The position numbers were made by a program, and so were the translations under genes. From NCBI GenBank assembly GCA_963701855.1, contig CAVPBK010000006.1, positions 1,088,001 to 1,152,000 of the forward strand: a DNA stretch of 64,000 bases, written 5' to 3'. This DNA comes from Nitrospirota bacterium. GTDB taxonomy: Bacteria > Nitrospirota > Nitrospiria > Nitrospirales > Nitrospiraceae. This document shows, piece by piece, positions 32,263-41,531 of this stretch. The notes under the pieces are model-generated. The model saw only the letters and a program-made list of their open reading frames with translations. It did not search any database and had not been told where the DNA came from. Positions within the stretch are counted from its first letter, which is position 1; each line of letters begins with the position of its first letter.

Positions 32263-33557
32263 ACGAACAATTCCGTGATGGCGCCGGCTGCCGTCGTGAG
32301 CGTGCCCGTTTCAAACAGATGGGTCGGGACCACGCCCAAAGCCAGCAACACCACAACGAGGATCGTGAGCGAAGCCAATTCGCCAGGAAGCAGATCTGTG
32401 TAGCGCAAATCACAGCGGCGCGCTCCGAAGAGCCACTGCTGCGCCATGCCCATGATGTACCATGAAGCGGCAAGCCAGGCCGTCACGATGATGACGATCG
32501 CGATGGAGAAGGAAACCTCGGACAACAGAAGCAGGCCCATGAAACCGGCAAAGAGGCCGAACGGCGGCAGGCCTGTCGCAGCCAAGGCCAAAAGCGAGAG
32601 AAGAACGGCGTAGCGCGGCATAGTCGCCGCCAACCCACTGATGGATTGCGGGTCCACGTCGTCTCCATAGCGCGTTCGGATGACCTGCCAAGCGAGCAGC
32701 AGTCCGCTGGTGGTGAACCCGACTGCCCCGACGAAGACCGCAGCGCGTGGTGTCGTGGCATTGGTCGAGGCACCAAACCACCACAGCATCGAGTAGAACG
32801 ACAGGCTGCTGTACGACAAGAGGAGTCGTGCGCGCGATTGCGCCAGCGCCTTAACCGCACCGTAGAACGTGCCTGCCAGGGCAAACAGGCTTACAGTCCA
32901 GGCCGCCGCGTCAGGGACTGTCGGCATGACCGATGTTGCGCCGTGCAGTCCGATCACGGGGAAGAGCAACACGATGAACGAAGGTAGGCTGCCGGGGAGC
33001 CGCGTAAGCGCAGTGATATGTCCCTGGTGAAACGGCATAAGCGGCAACAAAACTGCGCAGGTCAACAAGGACGCGACGGAAGAGAGCGGCGGGGCAGCCA
33101 CGAGAGAAATCGTGACGCACCCAACGGCGAGTGCATAGGCGCCGATCCCCAACCAGGAAATTGGCCACAATGGCGTATGGTGGCGGTAGAGCAACGCGAT
33201 GAGTGAACTGAGCAGCACAAGCAAGCACACCTGCCCCATGACGTTTTGGCTCGTCAGGATGACGAATCCCAGTCCGAGAAACAGCAAGGTCGTGATCCAC
33301 GACAGCCGCAGATTCTTGTGACCCGGCTGTCCCAGGAGAGATGCACAGGCGGCAACCGGCAGGAGATAAACCAGCAACAGATTTTCAGGTGAGGTCGTGA
33401 GGGATTCAGACATTCCGGCAGCCGCGACGAGGCTCAGGATCGACAGGACGACCGACCAGTTCCTGAGATAGTCCGGTCGCGACCAGACTGCGAAGCCCAA
33501 CGCTGCTCCCAGAAGAGGAATACCTGCCAGAAGCAATGAAGCGACGGCACCATCCAT
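32250..33557 (-). CDS. Second proton-conducting membrane subunit (NuoM/MrpD-like) of the DAB complex
   Basis: Polytopic; LPLMPFH, GLPPFGLF; start overlaps the dabB stop. Confidence 0.8.
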   Translation of the reverse strand: MDGAVASLLLAGIPLLGAALGFAVWSRPDYLRNWSVVLSILSLVAAAGMSESLTTSPENLLLVYLLPVAACASLLGQPGHKNLRLSWITTLLFLGLGFVILTSQNVMGQVCLLVLLSSLIALLYRHHTPLWPISWLGIGAYALAVGCVTISLVAAPPLSSVASLLTCAVLLPLMPFHQGHITALTRLPGSLPSFIVLLFPVIGLHGATSVMPTVPDAAAWTVSLFALAGTFYGAVKALAQSRARLLLSYSSLSFYSMLWWFGASTNATTPRAAVFVGAVGFTTSGLLLAWQVIRTRYGDDVDPQSISGLAATMPRYAVLLSLLALAATGLPPFGLFAGFMGLLLLSEVSFSIAIVIIVTAWLAASWYIMGMAQQWLFGARRCDLRYTDLLPGELASLTILVVVLLALGVVPTHLFETGTLTTAAGAITELFVWNK

Positions 33558-35257
33558 CACCGCGACCATCCTCGTACGCTTTTGTCGAATCGGACCAGGA
33601 GTCGCCCGGCTACCCCGCCCAGTTTTTGATAGACCTCGTCCGCATAAAGCCGGTTCATGAACAGGACGTACAAGCGAATCCTCACCCCCTCGACCCACGA
33701 CGGCATCCAGACAGTACGCCCATGGGCCCGCATGTAGAGATAGAACCATCCGGCGATCGTCGTCAGCGTCGCCATGATGATCATCAGGTCGAAGAACCAA
33801 TTCGGGAGTTCGGCCGCCTTGAAGTAGGACGCAACTTCATGCGGGTCCGGGTAGAGGAACGCCGTAAAAGATTCCACGGCGAATAGATATACAAACACAA
33901 TGAACAGCAGGGTCAGCAGCATCACGGACGACACTTTCCACGAGGCCACGGCCCTTAATCGTGTAAGTGTCATGATGGCCTGTGAGGAGGTGATCCAGAT
34001 GAAGAACAGAAAGATCACCGTGCCCTGCGACTCAAGCAGTGGAATATGCAACACGCCGTGCGTGACGAGGAGAATCAGCAGGGGAATGAAGAGTGTCGTC
34101 ACGAAACCGGTCGACCAGGTGAGACGGGAGAAGCCCTCTTCCTCCTCCTGATGGTCATGGTGAGGGAAATGAGGTTCCTGCCGGGCCTTATGGATGACGT
34201 TGCCACAGTTCAAAAACACGGTCGCCTTGAACAGTCCGTGCGCGATCAGATGGAAGACTGCGAGAGAAAATGCGCCCAATCCACATTCCATGATCATGTA
34301 ACCCATCTGACCTATTGTGGAGAAACCGAGCGTTTTCTTGATGTCGTTTTGCGCCAGCATCATGCTGGCACCGAGAACAGCTGTCAGGGTGCCGACAGCG
34401 AAGGCTACGTGGAGGGTTGTCGAGCTCAATCCGAAGAGCGGCGCCAACCGGTTGATCAGAAACCCGCCGGCATTGATGATGCCGGCATGGAGCAACGCGT
34501 GCACCGGTGTGGGGGCATAGAGCGAGCGGGGCAGCCAGACGTGGATCGGAAACTGCGCCGACTTGCTCATTCCTCCGATGAACAGCAGCAGCGTGACGGC
34601 TGTGGTTCCGTTGAGTTCCCATCCAGGCAGAGGCGAGAGCGTGACCGGCGTCTCAGCCGCCTTGACGAACAATGGCTGGAACTCCAATGTGCCATAGAGT
34701 GAATGGGCCAGGACGATACCGGAAAGAAACGCCACATCGCCGACGCGCAAAAGCGTAAACGTTCGAAAGGCGCCTTCCAGCGTCGCTGCATGCGCATGAT
34801 TGTGGGCCAGGATATAGAGCAGGTAACTCAGGAGCTGCCAAAAGATGAACAGCATCATGAGATTGCCGCTTGAGACCATGCAAAGCAGTACGAAGGTCGT
34901 AAATCCGATCAGCGAAAGGTACCGGGTTTCATGCGGATCCTGGTACAGGTATCCGACGGAATAAGTGTAGATGATGGTTCCGACGCCGGAGATTAACACC
35001 ATCATGATCGCACTCAGCCGATCGATGTAAAAACCAATGGGAAAAGCCAGCGTCGCAGGGGATGAGGGGTCGTAGAACCGAATGGTGATGGCCCCGTGTG
35101 TCGCCACATACCAGAGGGTCACGATGGCTCCCAGCAAAGCTGCGCCGATGGGATAGGCCGCGATCCTGGCGCGTCGGTGTCGGGAGTTCTCATCGCCGAC
35201 CAGCACGATGAGCCCCGCGAGGAGCGGGAGGAATGGAACTAGGATGACGGAGAACAC
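33557..35257 (-). CDS. dabB: NuoL/ND5-like DabB/MpsA membrane subunit
   Basis: KSAQFPIHVWLP, APTPVHALLHAG, STIGQMGYM, HLIAHGLFKA; GTG start with GAGG RBS. Confidence 0.9.
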   Translation of the reverse strand: MFSVILVPFLPLLAGLIVLVGDENSRHRRARIAAYPIGAALLGAIVTLWYVATHGAITIRFYDPSSPATLAFPIGFYIDRLSAIMMVLISGVGTIIYTYSVGYLYQDPHETRYLSLIGFTTFVLLCMVSSGNLMMLFIFWQLLSYLLYILAHNHAHAATLEGAFRTFTLLRVGDVAFLSGIVLAHSLYGTLEFQPLFVKAAETPVTLSPLPGWELNGTTAVTLLLFIGGMSKSAQFPIHVWLPRSLYAPTPVHALLHAGIINAGGFLINRLAPLFGLSSTTLHVAFAVGTLTAVLGASMMLAQNDIKKTLGFSTIGQMGYMIMECGLGAFSLAVFHLIAHGLFKATVFLNCGNVIHKARQEPHFPHHDHQEEEEGFSRLTWSTGFVTTLFIPLLILLVTHGVLHIPLLESQGTVIFLFFIWITSSQAIMTLTRLRAVASWKVSSVMLLTLLFIVFVYLFAVESFTAFLYPDPHEVASYFKAAELPNWFFDLMIIMATLTTIAGWFYLYMRAHGRTVWMPSWVEGVRIRLYVLFMNRLYADEVYQKLGGVAGRLLVRFDKSVRGWSR

Positions 35258-35288
35258 TGGTACCTCATGATGATCGACGCAGGAACCC

Positions 35289-35350
35289 AAGAAAACAGAA
35301 AAGCCAACCGGGGATTCCCCGACGACTGATCGAGGCAATCCGGTTGGCTT
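35289..35350 (-). terminator. Intrinsic terminator inside the dabB 5' leader
   Basis: Minus strand AAGCCAACCGG...CCGGTTGGCTT (perfect 11-bp basal stem) followed by TTCTGTTTT, ~30 nt before the start codon. Confidence 0.75.
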
Positions 35351-35480
35351 GTACTGCAACCGGCCTCTCTCCTGAATTGCCGGTCGCCCTACGGCCGCTG
35401 ACAGTCGAAGCCGGTGTTTCGCCTGTTTCCGAGGAGTCTCGAGACAGGAGACATCGCCGTACTGTGAAGTCCAGCTCAAT
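35289..35480 (-). promoter_or_regulatory. Structured 5' leader; candidate attenuator/riboswitch
   Basis: Long hairpin 35400-35465, hairpin 35356-35387, terminator 35289-35350 and a mutually exclusive antiterminator pairing; TTGACG at 35504-35509. Confidence 0.6.
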
Positions 35481-35689
35481 CAATAATACTGTCCATAGAC
35501 ATTCGTCAAGCGTCTGCTACGAAATTGGTGTCCCCGATCGTTGGGCGAAGGCCTAAAAGTCCCAGGCGGCGAACCGGTTTGGATAAAAGCCCTACGTTTC
35601 CACTTGTTCAGGCGGGCACCCCCCCTTATAATCTGCTGCCGAGTCGGCTACCACAATCGAATTCCCTCATCATTCGGACAAAGTACCGC

Positions 35690-36034
35690 GTGGAAAACGC
35701 CATTCGCAATATCATCATCAAGTTCGAGCAAGAATTCATGGGTCGCGGACCCGATGAAGTGCGCGCGTTTGTCGTGCGGGATCTGGTCGTTGTCCGGCTG
35801 AAAGGGGTGCTTACGCTCGCAGAGCGCCAATTAGCCAAAACGACAGAAGGCGTCGACATGGTGAAGCGGTTACGGCAAAACTTGATCGCACTGGGTCGCG
35901 ACAAACTCTGCGATCAAGTGAGCGACATCACGGGCGCCAAAACCCTGGCCCTTTTTACCGACATTGACGTACAGATCGGCGAACGGGTTTTCGTGTTCAC
36001 ACTCGATCGCGACATTCAGGGTGGAAGCCGATAG
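35690..36034 (+). CDS. DUF2294 / MpsC family protein (start uncertain)
   Basis: FEQEFMGRGP..VR.....DLVVVRLKGVLT.AERQL, FTDID...GERVFVFTL. Confidence 0.85.
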   Translation: MENAIRNIIIKFEQEFMGRGPDEVRAFVVRDLVVVRLKGVLTLAERQLAKTTEGVDMVKRLRQNLIALGRDKLCDQVSDITGAKTLALFTDIDVQIGERVFVFTLDRDIQGGSR

Positions 36035-36048
36035 CGCAAATACGCACA

Positions 36049-36640
36049 ATGGGACAACTCGCCACAGGCCTCCTCAAGTTTCGATTCGAGATGTTCGGCA
36101 AGAAACAAGAGCTCTTCACCAGGCCTTCAGAACTCCTTGATCCCTTTTCATTACCTGTTTCGATTCACGAGTCGACCCGACTCTCCTGACCCAAGCCGAT
36201 CCCGTGGAGCTCTGTATTCTCAGGAACGTCGGCAATATGGTGGCTGTGTGGCTCGATGCAAGGGGGCGGCACAGCGACCATCGAGTACGCCATTGGCCGT
36301 TCTGAAGGTTCCACCCAGTATTGTCTGCGGACATGAGGCTTGCAGTGTGATGAGAGCGCTCGTGCACCGAAGGATGTGCAGGACCCACCGGCCCTCAGGA
36401 AGTGGGTCGGGCAAGCAGAAGCCTGCCCGGCGCTTGATCAAAGCTTCGCGGGAAAACATGCGATCACAGATCGACCAGCTTCGCACCCCCCCGTCCGTCG
36501 CCGTGCGTCTACGTCCGCGAAACGTGTCTCTCCATGGGTGGGTGTATTCCATTTCGACCGGCGACGTGTGGGTCTATGACTTCGACTCCGAGCGATTCAC
36601 CTCTCTGCTGGACGAGGCTTTTCCTAGCTTGAAAGCATAG
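36049..36640 (+). pseudogene. Frameshifted beta-carbonic anhydrase
   Basis: Segments in different frames: MGQLATGLLKF.., LFITCFDSRVDP..Q..P.EL.ILRNVGNMV, ATIEYA, IVCGHEAC, LHGWVYSISTG. Confidence 0.85.
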
Positions 36641-36670
36641 TGTTTGTCCTGGCAAGCTGTACCCACGACC

Positions 36671-38140
36671 ATGCGCCCACTGGAAACTCTCTCTTTCGAT
36701 AACTCCTATGCCCGTTTGCCCCAGACTTTCTACGCCAAGTTGAACCCCACGCCGTTTGACGTGCCTCCGTATCTCGTCAGTTTCAATCCCGCAGCAGCCG
36801 AACTGATCGACCTTGATCCGGCGCAAGCGAAGCGACCGGAGTTTGCCGGGGTGTTTGGTGGGAGTCTTCTAGTCCCGGGGATGGAGCCGTTGGCGATGCT
36901 CTACTCGGGCCATCAATTTGGGGTCTACGTTCCGCAATTGGGAGACGGTCGCGCAATTCTCCTTGGCGAAATACGGAACGAACGGGGCGAGAAGTGGGAT
37001 CTGCATCTGAAGGGGGCGGGACTTACACCGTTCTCGCGAGAGGGAGACGGCCGCGCGGTTCTGCGTTCGACCATCCGGGAGTATCTCTGCTGCGAAGCGA
37101 TGCATGGGCTGGGCATTCCGACGACGAGGGCACTCTGCATCGTCGGCAGCGATCACAAGGTCTATCGCGAACAGGTCGAGACCGGCGCGATCGTACTTCG
37201 CATGGCGCCCTCTCACGTGCGGTTCGGCTCGTTCGAAATTCTCTATTATCGGAAACAACATGAACAGCTCAAAGTGCTGGCCGACTTCGTGATTGCGCAT
37301 CACTATCCTCATCTCGTGGAAGCAGCAGACAAATATGCGCACTTCTTTCATGAGGTCGTCGAGCGTACCGCGAAGCTGATTTCCCAATGGCAGGCCGTCG
37401 GTTGGGCGCACGGAGTGATGAACACCGACAACATGTCGATCCTGGGGATCACACTTGACTACGGCCCGTTCGGCTTTATCGACGACTACGATCCAGGACT
37501 TGTCTGCAACCACTCCGACCACAACGGCCGTTATGCCTTCAATCAACAGCCCTATATCGGTCTCTGGAATCTCAGCTGTCTGGCGCAGGCGTTGCTCCCG
37601 TTGGCCCAGAAAGAAGATTTGAAGGCCGCACTAGACCGCTACACCCCCCTCTGCGAAGAAGGGTACATGGAGTTGATGCGGGCTAAGCTCGGACTCATCG
37701 AGACGAAGGAGGAAGATGCGTCGATGATCCAAGACCTCTTGGCGCTCATGCACCTACAGCATGTCGATTACACTAGCTTCTTTCGAGCCCTGGGACTGTT
37801 TCAAGCCGGAACTGAATCGCTGAATGAGCTGATCCGCGACTTCTTCCTGGATCGTGAATCGTTCGACCAGTGGGCTCGCCGGTACAAGGATCGGTTGCGC
37901 CAAGAGGGGAGTCGAGACGAGGACCGGTTGGTCCGTATGAACCGCGTCAATCCCAAGTACGTGCTCCGCAACTATCTGGCGCAGACCGCCATCGAGAAGG
38001 CTCAGAAGAAGGACTTCTCCGAGATCGATCGGTTGCTCTCTCTGCTGCAAAATCCCTACAGCGACCAGTCAGGCATGGATGCCTACGCAGCCCCGCCACC
38101 TAACTGGGGCAAACACTTGTCCGTTAGTTGTAGCTCCTAG
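36671..38140 (+). CDS. selO: Protein adenylyltransferase SelO/YdiU
   Basis: YSGHQFG, LGDGRA, GDGRAVLRS, HGVMNTDN, NPKYVLRNY, C-terminal SCSS. Confidence 0.95.
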   Translation: MRPLETLSFDNSYARLPQTFYAKLNPTPFDVPPYLVSFNPAAAELIDLDPAQAKRPEFAGVFGGSLLVPGMEPLAMLYSGHQFGVYVPQLGDGRAILLGEIRNERGEKWDLHLKGAGLTPFSREGDGRAVLRSTIREYLCCEAMHGLGIPTTRALCIVGSDHKVYREQVETGAIVLRMAPSHVRFGSFEILYYRKQHEQLKVLADFVIAHHYPHLVEAADKYAHFFHEVVERTAKLISQWQAVGWAHGVMNTDNMSILGITLDYGPFGFIDDYDPGLVCNHSDHNGRYAFNQQPYIGLWNLSCLAQALLPLAQKEDLKAALDRYTPLCEEGYMELMRAKLGLIETKEEDASMIQDLLALMHLQHVDYTSFFRALGLFQAGTESLNELIRDFFLDRESFDQWARRYKDRLRQEGSRDEDRLVRMNRVNPKYVLRNYLAQTAIEKAQKKDFSEIDRLLSLLQNPYSDQSGMDAYAAPPPNWGKHLSVSCSS

Positions 38141-38248
38141 CACATTCCCGCCTTGCAGTTCCCCTCACTATCTGTTGTACAGTGGCACGATGACCGAGCG
38201 AGTGCCCCGCGCTCGCTCGGCGGCTGATTACAGAAGACGGACTCCTCT

Positions 38249-41200
38249 ATGGCAAAAGGAAGTGGAGAATCGAAGCTCGCCCTAGTGGGGGTGGTCACCC
38301 TCGCAGTTGCGCTTGCCGGCGTGCTGTTGGTGAAAGAGCCTCTACGCAGTTCGCGGCCGGTAGGGACCGGGTTGGATATAAACCAGACCACCGGTGAGGA
38401 GTCGGTCCGCGCGCGGCTATGGGAAGATCCGGTGGCTGCGGTGCAGCGGGGCCTGAGAGGAACTCGGCCACCACCAGCCGGGTCATCCAAGCCCGGCCAG
38501 TCGGGTGAGTCATCTCTCTCGCAGCGTCTGAGGCCACTGCGGCAGGCGATTGCCGATCGAGTCGAGAAGGGCGAGCGGATTACAGTCCTATTGGTGACCC
38601 TGAGCGGCGATCCCTATGCAGAGAGTACGGAGTCCCGCATTCGAGATCGTTATGCGGTCGGCACCGCACTGGGGGTGGCCTGCTATGTTCCGGAAGACGA
38701 AGGACATCTCTCGTTCGTCGAGGGGGACGCTCAGGCGGTCGGTCATGCGTTGCCGTACGAGTGGTATCGGATCCGCAAGACACGAATATGCGGCGAGGAA
38801 CGGGGTCGAATCCAGAGCACGCTCGTGGTCTGGATTCCCGACGACGCCCTGAGTCAAGGGTACTTGGCGACCCTGACCTCCTTGTCGCAGGCCATGGTGT
38901 GTCAGGAGTCGAAACAGAAGAACGAATGCATACTGACCGAGGACAAACGCAGGCTGGTTCGATTGAATCCTGCAGTTCAACAAGCCGTCACGTTCAAGCT
39001 GGTGGGGCCCCGCAGTTCTTCCGCCCTGCGTGATCTCCTGGAAGAGGCTGGAAGCTTGTATGGAGAGCCCCATGAAGGGGTCGGCGTCTGGCCGAATACG
39101 GACGGGACCATCGAACTGTATTCACCATGGGCCAGCGCGATGAAAGGGCTTATGGCCTATGGACTGAAGAAGGAAGGGGGGAAAGGCCCGGCCTGCCAGA
39201 CCTATGAAGCCTGCGAGCAGGAGTTTTTTCATCGGCTGGCGGCCGCGAATATACGGCTTGTCTATGAGATCGGATCTGACGACCGGCTCTTCGACACGCT
39301 GATCGAGGAATTAGAACGTCGCCAGGTACGGCTCGGTTGGGATGCGGTGATCCTCATCGGGGAGTGGGATTCGTTGTATGGTCGAGCGCTGCCCATTGAG
39401 TTCCGTGCGGCAGCTTGTGCGAAAGTGGCGACCTTCACGGAGGCAGAGCTGAAGCAGATCCAGGTGCCGACGACGATCAAAGCCTGGTGTCCGACAGTCC
39501 CGCGTGCAATCGATCTGCAGGTTCAGCGCACGGCGGACTATGAGTCCCTGACCTTGAACGTCTTCCGCTATAGCTATCTGAGCGGTCTCGACGGCGAAGT
39601 GCCGGGCGACGACAGCGTGAAAGCCGCACGTGTAGAGAAACCCAAAACCAGTGAGACGGCGAAGGATGCACTGGCCGGTGGTCTAAAGGAACGGCCCGAA
39701 GGCACCAGTCAGCTTGATTATGTGCGCGCCTTGGCCACGCGGATTCAAGACGAAGGAGAAGGCGCGAAAGCGATCGGTATCCTGGGCTCGGACCCTTACG
39801 ACGCATTGCTCATTCTGAAAGCACTACGGCCGGCATTTCCTTACGCCGTCTTCTTCACCGTCGACCTCGATGCACGCCACCTTCAGGCGAGCGAATATCA
39901 ATGGACCAGGAATATGGTCATCGCCTCGCCATTCGGCTTGCAGCTGGATGGTGGTTTGCAACGCGATGTCCCGCCGTTCAGGAGCAGTGATCAAACGGCC
40001 ACTTATTTTGCCGTACTCCGGGCGGTGAATTACGTTACCTGTCGCGCAGTGGGCGATCGACAAAACCCGGCAGCCCTCTGTCCAGGGGGATATCACGTTG
40101 CGATGACCCCGGATGACCGAATCTACGATGCGGCTGAACATCCTCGGATCTTCGAAGTAGGGCGAGAGGGTGCCGTGGACTTAAGTGTCGTGGATATCGA
40201 AGGTGTGAGAACGATCCATCCCTTACGGGCGGACCTCGACCATACGGACAATCTGGGACAGTTGAAGCAGGGCATCGGTCCCGGCAGCGCAACCGTGACG
40301 GCGTTGGTCGCGATCGGGCTGTTCGTCGGGACGGTGCTCGCCTGGACCAATCAGCGACTCTGGCTCCGGGTCTCGCGCTCCTGGCGTCTGCTTGCCGTGA
40401 CTGGCTTCCTTCTTCTGGCCGGGACATCGGTCTTTTGGGTCATGGGTGGCGGGACAGCCCTCATGGCCCACCACGATGAAGGCGAACCTTTTTCGTGGAC
40501 CGCGGGCGTGAGCATTTGGCCCGGTGAGGGGCTCCGGCTTCTCGCGGGGATCTTGTGCGTCGTCTTCCTGGTCAAAGGATTGCGGGATCTCGTCAAGAAC
40601 AGCGACGATCTCACCGATGCCTTCCAGTTCCGTATCGATCAAGGCCAACGCTCCCGATTCACCTTGAAGACATTCTGGACGAATCTGCAGCGGGTCTATC
40701 ATTCGGCTGCCACCAGAACGGCCACCACGGTCGATCAAGCCTGGGCCTGGTACCTCGATGCAGCAGACCCGTTGCAGCGGACGGCGCGCGTTCTGGTCCT
40801 ATTCCTGCTCTATGGCGCTGTCATGATTTCCCTCGGTCACTGGGTCGTTGACGAAGAGATGATCCATCCCTGTCGAGGGTGGCTGAGCTGTCGAGTGGAC
40901 GAGATCATGACGCTGGTCAGCGTGAGCCTCGTCGTGTTGCTGAACCTGGCGGTGTTCGATGAGGTCATGTTGTGCCGTAGGTGGGTCGGTTGGGTGAACA
41001 GCTCGAGTGGGGGGTGGTCGGAACAGGTGCAGCAGGAATACTTGCGTGAGTATGGGTTGAGCCAGAGCCACAAGACCGAGTTCGAAAAACTCAAGTACTT
41101 AGCCGGGATCGATCTGATCAGCCGGCGGACGGAAGCGGTTAATCGCCTCATCCGGTACCCCTTCATCACCTTGCTGATCATGATCGCCGCGCGCAACGAC

Positions 41201-41521
41201 TACTTCGATATTTGGAATTACCCACTCCTCCTTCTGCTATCCTGGGCCGTGAATGTCGTTCTGGCACTGAGTGGAGCGTTATTGCTCTATCAAGCTGCCG
41301 ATCGGGCGAAACAAGCGGTCTTGGCGGGACTGAGCAAGCAAATGATCCAAGCCCTTGGGCTCGGCAAGGACCACGAAATCCGTGCGAAACAGGTCCAGTA
41401 CATCATCGGCGAGGTTGAGGCCAACCAGAAGGGCGCGTTCGTTCCCTTCTACCAGCAACCCGTCGTTGAATCGTCGCTCTACGGCGTCGTCGCATTGCTG
41501 CAATATCTGTATATGAGATAA
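38249..41521 (+). CDS. Large unknown membrane protein
   Basis: 1090-aa ORF with an N-terminal TM anchor, ~650-aa soluble region and several C-terminal TM helices. Confidence 0.8.
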   Translation: MAKGSGESKLALVGVVTLAVALAGVLLVKEPLRSSRPVGTGLDINQTTGEESVRARLWEDPVAAVQRGLRGTRPPPAGSSKPGQSGESSLSQRLRPLRQAIADRVEKGERITVLLVTLSGDPYAESTESRIRDRYAVGTALGVACYVPEDEGHLSFVEGDAQAVGHALPYEWYRIRKTRICGEERGRIQSTLVVWIPDDALSQGYLATLTSLSQAMVCQESKQKNECILTEDKRRLVRLNPAVQQAVTFKLVGPRSSSALRDLLEEAGSLYGEPHEGVGVWPNTDGTIELYSPWASAMKGLMAYGLKKEGGKGPACQTYEACEQEFFHRLAAANIRLVYEIGSDDRLFDTLIEELERRQVRLGWDAVILIGEWDSLYGRALPIEFRAAACAKVATFTEAELKQIQVPTTIKAWCPTVPRAIDLQVQRTADYESLTLNVFRYSYLSGLDGEVPGDDSVKAARVEKPKTSETAKDALAGGLKERPEGTSQLDYVRALATRIQDEGEGAKAIGILGSDPYDALLILKALRPAFPYAVFFTVDLDARHLQASEYQWTRNMVIASPFGLQLDGGLQRDVPPFRSSDQTATYFAVLRAVNYVTCRAVGDRQNPAALCPGGYHVAMTPDDRIYDAAEHPRIFEVGREGAVDLSVVDIEGVRTIHPLRADLDHTDNLGQLKQGIGPGSATVTALVAIGLFVGTVLAWTNQRLWLRVSRSWRLLAVTGFLLLAGTSVFWVMGGGTALMAHHDEGEPFSWTAGVSIWPGEGLRLLAGILCVVFLVKGLRDLVKNSDDLTDAFQFRIDQGQRSRFTLKTFWTNLQRVYHSAATRTATTVDQAWAWYLDAADPLQRTARVLVLFLLYGAVMISLGHWVVDEEMIHPCRGWLSCRVDEIMTLVSVSLVVLLNLAVFDEVMLCRRWVGWVNSSSGGWSEQVQQEYLREYGLSQSHKTEFEKLKYLAGIDLISRRTEAVNRLIRYPFITLLIMIAARNDYFDIWNYPLLLLLSWAVNVVLALSGALLLYQAADRAKQAVLAGLSKQMIQALGLGKDHEIRAKQVQYIIGEVEANQKGAFVPFYQQPVVESSLYGVVALLQYLYMR

Positions 41522-41531
41522 CGGGTTGTTC

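Noticed and set aside
35258..35479. 74-aa N-terminal extension of DabB in the ORF track
   Set aside because: It runs through the structured leader and terminator; GTG at 35257 has an RBS and gives a normal hydrophobic N-terminus
38120..38140. Selenocysteine recoding in SelO
   Set aside because: The gene ends Cys-Ser-Ser then TAG; there is no in-frame TGA
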